45,094 nt of DNA, taken from assembly GCF_001194135.2 (NCBI RefSeq), contig NC_068988.1:507202-552295 (forward strand), read 5' to 3'. The notes beneath the pieces were generated by a model that saw only the letters and a list, made by a program, of their open reading frames with translations, did not search any database and was not told the origin of the DNA. Both the position numbers and the translations under genes were made by a program. Shown one piece after another: positions 37,070-45,094 of this stretch; position 1 is the first letter of the stretch, and each line of letters opens with the position of its first letter. This DNA comes from Octopus bimaculoides (lineage: Eukaryota).

Positions 37070-37255
37070 CTTGCGTGTGTCTGTGTTTGTATTTGTCCCT
37101 ACCACACCACTTCACAAACGGTGTTGGTATGTTTATGCTCCCGTAAAGTAGCGGCAAAGAAGCCAATTGAATTAGTACTGGTGCCGATTTGTTTGACTAA
37201 ATGCTCGAAAGTGGTGCTCCAGCATGGCCGCAATCCAAGTAAAAGACAAAACGAA
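37070..37255 (+). mobile_element. SINE family B, 3' half
   Basis: ttgtccctaccacaccacttcacaaacggtgttgg...gtggtgctccagcatggccgca. Confidence 0.75.
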
Positions 37256-37989
37256 TACATAAAAAAGAATGTTAGTGTTACAAATTCCATTATTGAATAT
37301 TTACAAACAGAAACTTCTTAACATCCAACAAACGGGTCGGGTGTAGACTCATGAGAAAACCAACGTTCATTTGACGTTGAATGTAAAAGCAGTGTTTTCG
37401 TATATGTATGGTTGGTGTAATGTTGCAACGAAAATGCATCAAAAGTAAACAATTGGTTTTGTAAAGAGAAAAACAGCAGGAAATTAGAAAGTTGTCTTTA
37501 GCAATTAAATGCCTTACTGAATACTGCACATTTAGTTGAGTAAGTATGCAGAGCACATTCTAAAATAGAAACGTTGAAGAATGAAGCAGCCAAACGATCA
37601 GAAGTACGTGAGTGTCACCCACGAGGAGTAACAATAGTGGTTGGGAGATATAATAAACATAATTTATGGCTGTCGCTGACGCCGCCTCATCGTTTACTGC
37701 AGTATGGGCAAATGATTATCAGGATTTTGCTAGAATGTTAGAGTGAACTTTAAAAGTATTTTACTGAGTATTCCATTAGTTGTGATACGTAATTTCCGGA
37801 CAGACGGGAGGAAGTTGCAGCCAAAAAATATAGGTTAAAGGTGGTGGGGTGTAAAAGAAAAGATAGGATGCAGAAAATGGAAGAAAAATATGATACAGCG
37901 AATTGTCAAAAATATTTATCAAGAATTGGAGAAATAAGATGAAGTTTAAGAGCAAATGTCTGGCTGTAAAAATGACAGAAGAATAAGGG

Positions 37990-38600
37990 TTTCGAATTCT
38001 GGTTCAAGTGGGAAGGGGATAGTTAATTAGGTCGACCTACGTACTTGACTGGTGCTTAATATATCGGCCCCGGAAAGATGAAAGGCAAGGTCGACCTCGG
38101 CGGTATTTGAACTTAAAACGTAAATATCAGGACAAATGTTGCCAGGCATCCTGTCCGACTTGGCTGTTCTGCCAGCTCCACAACATGCGATAACAATGAT
38201 TCTGTCTGATTTTTGAGACAAGACCAGTAATTTTATGGAAGGGTTAATCGAATATATCGACCCTAGTACCTAACCGGTAGATTTTTATTTTATCTCATCT
38301 GAAGAAGATAAAAGGGAAAGCCGCCCTCGGAGGCATCTGAATCCAGGAAGTAAAAAGCCGGCTGAAATGCCATAAAGAATTTTGATGCCAGCTCGCTGAC
38401 TTCGAAACAACAGTAATTATAATTTCAAATTTTGGCACAAAGCCAGTATTTTTGTGGGAGGGGTAAATCGATTACATCGACCCCGGCGTTCTTATTTTAT
38501 CGGTCCCGAAAAGGAAAAGTTGACCTTGGTGGAATTTTAAATCGGGACGTAAAAACAGGTGAAATGCCGCAAAGTATTTTGCCCAGTCTGCTAACGATAC
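37990..38600 (-). mobile_element. Three head-to-tail SINE family A copies
   Basis: Three successive aattttg...tcgacc...gaaa(a)g...gacct(c/t)gg cores starting near 37990, 38200 and 38420. Confidence 0.8.
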
Positions 38601-38639
38601 AGGTACAACAGAAACAGGAAGAAAGAGTGACAGAAAATT

Positions 38640-38805
38640 GTGGTGAAAGAGTACAGCAGGGTTCCCCCCACCTGCTGTAGCCTCATGGAGCTTTAGGTGT
38701 TTTCGCTCAATGAACACTCACAACACCCGGTCTGGGAATCGAAACCGTGATCCTACGACCGCGAGTCCGCTGTCTTAACCACTGGGCCATTGCGCCTCCA
38801 CATGG
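38640..38805 (-). mobile_element. SINE family C with a well-preserved tRNA-like head
   Basis: Minus strand gtggaggcgcaatggcccagtggttaagacagcggactcgcggtcgtaggatcacggtttcgattcccagaccggg (A and B boxes) runs into the SINE body rather than a tRNA 3' acceptor stem. Confidence 0.8.
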
Positions 38806-40400
38806 CCCTAATAAGACAAGATGGTCAAGACTAGAGTGCCGTTGATCAAAGATCTTCTCGATCAGGGTTGTCACTTGTGGTTAATTAACGACTGCAATGT
38901 GAATAGACACATATACATATATTTGTCTCTGCATGTGTGTGCTGAAGAGAAATCCTAATATTGTGTGTGTGTGTGTGTGTGGATGAAAACATTGTATGTT
39001 ATATTCCAGAACGTACACTATTAAAACAAAATAACATGAAACACTCTAAAGTGACAAGACTAATCTGAAATGTAAAATATAGATTCTTTGGACGTATTAA
39101 ATTAATATATTTTGCTATACAATAGTCCAAACATAGTTCTTTATTTAAAAGGCTAATATATATATGCCAAGGAAACATTTCATATATCTGAAATAATTAC
39201 GCTAGCAGGTGAACTTTGTTGAAAGGAAGAAGATAGCTGTTAACAAGAAATTTAATGGAAAAAAAAATCACAATTATAAACAAACCCCAGAGAGAGCAAC
39301 AAAGTAGCAAAGGAACAACTGAAGGCAGAAAAGCTGTCAAATCTAGATAGCATTTAGTAATAACATACAACAAATCAGCATTTACCATCACCAACAGCCT
39401 GCTACATCGTAACAGCTAGTCATGAGGTGATGGGTTTAATTATAAGTAACAGACACCCACGCTCACTGAGGGAAGCAACGGTTAGGAATTTGGTGAAATG
39501 CAACAAAAATCATATAAATATAACATTTTCATGAATTTGGATGAAATTTTTTAATATAAAATAATGATCTACATTTTGTATGTGGTTTTTTACCTGTTGT
39601 TACTGATTTTTATCTGTTGTCATGTCACTTTTAATCTGCCATGGTTGGCTGAATACAATTAAGTTGAAGTATTTTTACATATATTTAAAAGATAGGAATT
39701 CCTGAACCTCGATTTCCTAATTAAATCACAAATAACTAATAATAATAAAGCGTTAATAATTCTGATACACCGTTTGGTACCATTAACTGAAGGAAGAGAA
39801 AATCCAGAGAAATTTACTTGATAAAACGCAAAAAATAAACACAGGAAGTCTTTTGACGAGAAGGTTTTTCCTAAAGTAAGGTTAAATTTTGTTTCACGTT
39901 GGTTCTAGTTGCTGACCCCAGAAAGATAACAATACGACTGTTGTTTTGTGTGGTTTAGGATTTGGCGACATGTGCGGATATCTGCTGTATGGGGCTAAGC
40001 CTTATCGAAGAATTTTACTTCTGACACGAACAGTGATAAAACATAAATTTATTACAGCATAGAAAACTAACGCGGAAGTAATGTCAACAGTACACATGCC
40101 GACTTTATATTCGCGTTGATATAATGTCAACATAAACTGTTACATAAAGTGTAACGAGGAATATTTCTTCATCAACTGCAAAATAATAAATGTCATTAAA
40201 ATGAGCAAACGTCTGGAAATAAAAGGATAATGATGTATACAAATCACTCAAGAGAGGTTCTACATAATCAGCTCAACATGCTGGAAATAGTAGCTGTATA
40301 TTATAAAATGAGGGATGGTAATAGATGGAACACTTTCGATCAAACACTGACTTGATTAAAGCTCGCAGAAGTTTTAGCAACGATAATACGACAATTCACT

Positions 40401-40449
<49 letters not shown>

Positions 40450-40527
40450 TCTCTCTCTCTCCCCCCCCCTCTCTNNNNNNNNNNNNNNNNNNNNNNNNNN
40501 NNNNNNNNNNNNNNNNNNNNNNNNNNN

Positions 40528-40577
<50 letters not shown>

Positions 40578-41596
40578 ACACACACAAATCTAAAAGACGG
40601 TTAGAACGTAAATTCTTTCTGATCAGGTTTGAAGTCGGAACTTGAAATTCAACTAAACAGCATTACTGTTCATTACTGTCCAACGATAAAGTACAAAGAT
40701 TTTGTACTTTATAACGTCACCGAAAAAGATGGATAAAAGGTGAAGAGTTAGTGACTGCAAAGATTAAAATAAGATTAGGGATTATATTATTGTAGAAATT
40801 AAAGTTGTGCCATATCTCAGTCACAAATAGCTGCAATAACGATTATGAAGTTTGCAATATTAAACCGGAATTAAATGGAAAACAAGAGAACGATTGGCAT
40901 ATGGTTGTTGAAGTGAATCAATTTAGATTTGATTATCGTTTGTGAATGTGAAAATCCTATGAATCGTACTGCTGCCGAAACCCTAGCCATCACATGCGAT
41001 GGTTATTCGAGGTTTTATAACTTTAAAATTGTTCAAAATCTGACTGCAATGAAACTGGAACGGAAGAGGCGGTCATGCAATGATTTTGGCATCTGATGCC
41101 GACAAAAAGAGAAAATATTTCGGTGAAGGAGGTTCATTATTGTACGTTTTATACATTGAAGAAATCTATAAAAGGTATAGCGATATAAATAATGCGAAGA
41201 ATATTTCTGATAAATGATGGTTGCTTACAGAATATCAGAGCTGGGAAATAGAATGGAATATCACTTATATGAATGAATGTCTTCTCTCAGACTCCGGAGA
41301 CCACAGGGTAAATGTTGAGTCGAGGTATCATGACTAAGATATAAGTTTTCTCTTCAAAGGGTATAGATATATATATATATATANNNNNNNNNNNNNNNNN
41401 NNNNNNNNNNNNNNNNNNNNNNNNNNNNNNNNNNNNNNNNNNNNNNNNNNNNNNNNNNNNNNNNNNNNNNNNNNNNNNNNNNNNNNNNNNNNNNNNNNNN
41501 NNNNNNNNNNNNNNNNNNNNNNNNNNNNNNNNNNNNNNNNNNNNNNNNNNNNNNNNNNNNNNNNNNNNNNNNNNNNNNNNNNNNNNNNNNNNNNNN

Positions 41597-41643
<47 letters not shown>

Positions 41644-41759
41644 GTAAGATGATGATAGTCTCTTCCGTCGACGATGACGTATGAGCGTTCAGTTTTTTGC
41701 CGAACTATTTGCACAAATGATTTGTTAATAAGGATCAAATGTATGTGTTGTACTTTAGC

Positions 41760-41955
41760 TCAGCCCCTGCATCAAATCAACGTTTCCTGAAGAGGTGGAC
41801 GGTGTACCACGCGTCAGGTATCGTCGCGATCGTAGAGCAATGTGGGATGAAGTGTTTTGCTCAAGAACACAACGCACCATTCGGTCTGGGAATTGAAACC
41901 ACAATCTTGCGATCGTGAGTGCAACGCCCTAACCACTAGGCCAAGAGCCCTCACA
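41760..41955 (-). mobile_element. SINE family C
   Basis: gagcaatgtgggatgaagtgttttgctcaagaacacaacgcacc...gaaaccacaatcttgcgatcgtgagtgcaacgccctaaccactaggcc. Confidence 0.78.
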
Positions 41956-42528
41956 TGCAACAGAATAGATGTCTGTAAACAAACTTTTAGAATATTTCTG
42001 AAAAAACTTCACTAAAAATGTAGGCCTTGCGTCTCTCACCTTCAGTCATAGACAACAAATAAAGAACGCTACCCACATTAAACAATTTCGGGTGAGGGGA
42101 ATAAACAAGGGAAAAGAAAGCAGTTTCTTCAAAAATTCTATGAACTAAGATGGATTAAACCCTTCCTACTTTCGACTGGGCATCATAGATGTCTAAGAAA
42201 ACCATAAAGAGAATCATTCAGCGAAGATTGCCTACAAACGATAAAACCATTTGGAAGTTGTGATATAAGTATGTAGGTTTGTTTCACTTGTCACATTTTT
42301 AGACCACACATAAATCGCTATAACAAACATATTTCTTTGTAAAATAGACTAGTAATTCCAGACAGATGCACACAACCAGCATGATAATCCACCTGCTTAT
42401 TCAGCCATATTTGTTAAAAATGTTACTCCAGAATCATGAATTTAACATATAGGTTATAGCTAATATATTTAATATATGTTAGCTGTAACCTACACCAAAA
42501 CTTTTATAAAGGGATATATCATAAGAAA

Positions 42529-42664
<136 letters not shown>

Positions 42665-42945
42665 AAAAAAAAGGCATGCGTCTAGATAATTTTTTTCGCA
42701 AATCATTGTGTGGCTTAGAATGCGTTGCTTATCCATGCTTTCTAATTGGACTGCGTTAGATTTTGTTTCTTTTTAAGTCTCACCATTATAAGTATTTATA
42801 CTCCGGTGAAATTAAGGAATCAACAATCCATCATTGTACACACACACGCACACACACACACACACACACNNNNNNNNNNNNNNNNNNNNNNNNNNNNNNN
42901 NNNNNNNNNNNNNNNNNNNNNNNNNNNNNNNNNNNNNNNNNNNNN

Positions 42946-43051
42946 GCCAAATTTGGTGAAAATCCGTTCCGCCATTTTCCAGGAATTTTGAAAACACGCA
43001 GACAAAGATGGGTGATTACAGTACCCTGCTTTCGCTTACGCGCGCTGGGTT

Positions 43052-43056
<5 letters not shown>
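42946..43056 (+). mobile_element. Possible non-autonomous Helitron-like 3' end
   Basis: ccaaatttggtgaaaatccgttccgcc resembles motifs of non-autonomous Helitron-type repeats, and there is a GC-rich stem-like end before ttatag. The left part is in a gap. Confidence 0.3.
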
Positions 43057-43124
<68 letters not shown>

Positions 43125-43489
43125 TAAATCCCATGAAAAACATTGCCTATGTAATCCCCAAACATTTTAATCTGTAAACATTGTCAAAAGTACTTTTAAG
43201 TGTACATAATAGCAAACACCTTTTACTGTCGTCTTAACACAACACCAGCATCTTATAATCAAATTACTTTTAAAACAAACTTCTAATTTTCTTATGCTTT
43301 CACAGACATTCTCTAGAACAATACTTTGTGCAAAACCAAATATATGACACCCTAGTCATAACACCAACTTGAACTTCTAACTTGTTGTCTCATGAGGTCT
43401 CTGGGTGAGACTTGGAGTCAACTTGTATAAATACAAAGCAAAAGTCAAGCATAATAATAGTAGTAGTAGTAATAATAATAATAATAATA

Positions 43490-43703
43490 ATTTCAATTTT
43501 TTGCCACAAGGGCAGCTTGAAGAGTATGGGGATGATTCGATTACACTGATCCCAGTGTTCAACTAGTACTTATTTTATCGATCCCAAAAGGATGAAAAGT
43601 AAAGTCGACCTCGGTGGAACTTGAACTCAGAATCTGGCGACGGGCGAAATAACCGCTAAGCATTTCGATCGGTGCGTTAACGATTCTGCCAGCTCGCTGC
43701 CTT

Positions 43704-43705
<2 letters not shown>
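43490..43705 (-). mobile_element. SINE family A
   Basis: tatcgatcccaaaaggatgaaaagtaaagtcgacctcggtggaacttgaactcagaatc. Confidence 0.85.
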
Positions 43706-43734
<29 letters not shown>

Positions 43735-43738
<4 letters not shown>

Positions 43739-43830
43739 GTACTGGAGTCGATTCGTTCGACTAAAATTCTTCAAGGCGGTACCCCAGCATGGCCGCATTC
43801 TGCTGACTGAAACAAGCAAAAGGCATAAGA
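43735..43830 (+). mobile_element. SINE family B, 3' tip
   Basis: gtcgattcgttcgactaaaattcttcaaggcggtaccccagcatggccgca...tgactgaaacaag. Confidence 0.7.
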
Positions 43831-45063
43831 TAAACGACGAAGACACAGTTTGCCTCAAACATTGAGATACGTCTACAACAACCTCTAACACTACTTCGAA
43901 ACCATCCCAAAATACGCTGTCCGCCCCGCGATTAATCCAGACAAACATAGAAATAAGATATACGCAAAAATAATCGCCGTAGACAGCATATTCTTTATAG
44001 TAATTTATTGTGATTTGTTTGTTGGGGAGAGATTGGGATTGATTTACCAGTCAGGGCTGGTATAAGCATTAGCTATGCCCCGATGCATACCACCAATGAT
44101 AGCAACACAACGACTGCAATTGTGGTGTTCTGACAAACCTTCATTCCATTGCTTCCGTTTTGGCAACCATCAAAAATCAACAGGTGTACAACTGAATAAG
44201 CGAGACGCCTCTATAGTCTCAGACAATCGGTTAGAAATAACAGCTAAATCACCTTTAATGAAAGTTCCACCGTCTTATATAAGATTAATGCATACACGAT
44301 GTAAATTACTTATGTTTTAGTATCAATATACTCGATGCTACAGAATTATTTAGCATTACATAATGTGGTCTTCGATACCAGTTTCAAGATCAGATGAAAA
44401 TGTCTTTGCTAAAAACGCTTTTCATGATTAGCCTGCTCCATCGGGGTTGACTTAGGGTTAAGTAGCAACAACAACAACAATAACTGAAACCACTAAGAGG
44501 GTAAAAGTACATATACACACGCAGAAAAAATAATCGTTTTTGCTCTGAGATTCCCATATCTTTGATTTCGCTTTGTTTCAAAGACGAAAATTTCTAGAAG
44601 GTTCGTTTGGTTGGAATTTTGAGTTTTAAATTTCAAATTGACAAAACATTTATTTTGATAAGCCATAGTAAACTAACATTAATTCAACATTCTATCAATC
44701 TATCCATCTATCTATCTATCATCATCCTCTCTCTGTCTCTCTGTCAGTCTCCCTCTCTTTCTACCCCTTCTCTCTCTTTCTCTCTCAACGCACATACACA
44801 CACACAGGTATGTTTTCGAGTGTGTGCGTTCGTCTGCGTTCGCCTACGTTTCTATGCGTAAACAGATTTTTCAAACTCTATTCACACCAATTTCAGACTC
44901 GTTCGCTCTTTCGTACTTTTATTGTTCTTCGTGGAATCTGGTTCGAATAGCGACTCTTAGTCGCGGCATTTCTTAGGTTCAATTTCACAGCCAGAAATAA
45001 AAACAAACCTTGAAAAGCTGCAAAAATAATAAATACATACATACATGTATATGTGTGTATATA

Positions 45064-45094
<31 letters not shown>

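Noticed and set aside
38725-38805. tRNA gene (and similar heads at 1300-1370, 16640, 25275, 26660 and 31445)
   Set aside because: A/B boxes are present, but the sequences continue into SINE bodies and lack a paired acceptor stem.
39958-40065. Plus acceptor followed by GFGDMCGYLL, resembling a K+ channel pore motif
   Set aside because: The following residues do not match S6 context, the frame ends in a stop and there are no other channel exons.

Overview
AT-rich, gapped eukaryotic genomic DNA with 10 N-gaps and many microsatellites. The three tRNA-headed SINE families that dominate it suggest an octopus/cephalopod genome (inference from recognising the repeats, no search run). The only host coding sequence I can support is two consecutive, phase-compatible minus-strand exons (6881-6749 and 5973-5751). 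They encode the N-terminal two-thirds of a TSPN/LamG domain of a FACIT-like (COL9/21/22-type) collagen, so the rest of the window is probably intron or upstream sequence of that gene. The remainder is a set of decayed mobile elements: about 30 SINE copies, RTE- and CR1/L2-type LINE fragments, a mariner 3' end, a hAT/Charlie remnant and a probable Penelope remnant. The most interesting non-obvious signals are three separate relics with minimal hammerhead-ribozyme topology (2552-2592, 21617-21765, 36892-36965), a multi-hairpin intronic segment with H/ACA-like layout (3729-3865), and a foldback element carrying telomere-type repeats. Almost all ORFs in the supplied track are artefacts of gaps, microsatellites or SINEs. 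I found no CRISPR array, rRNA or genuine tRNA gene. Repeat boundaries are approximate.
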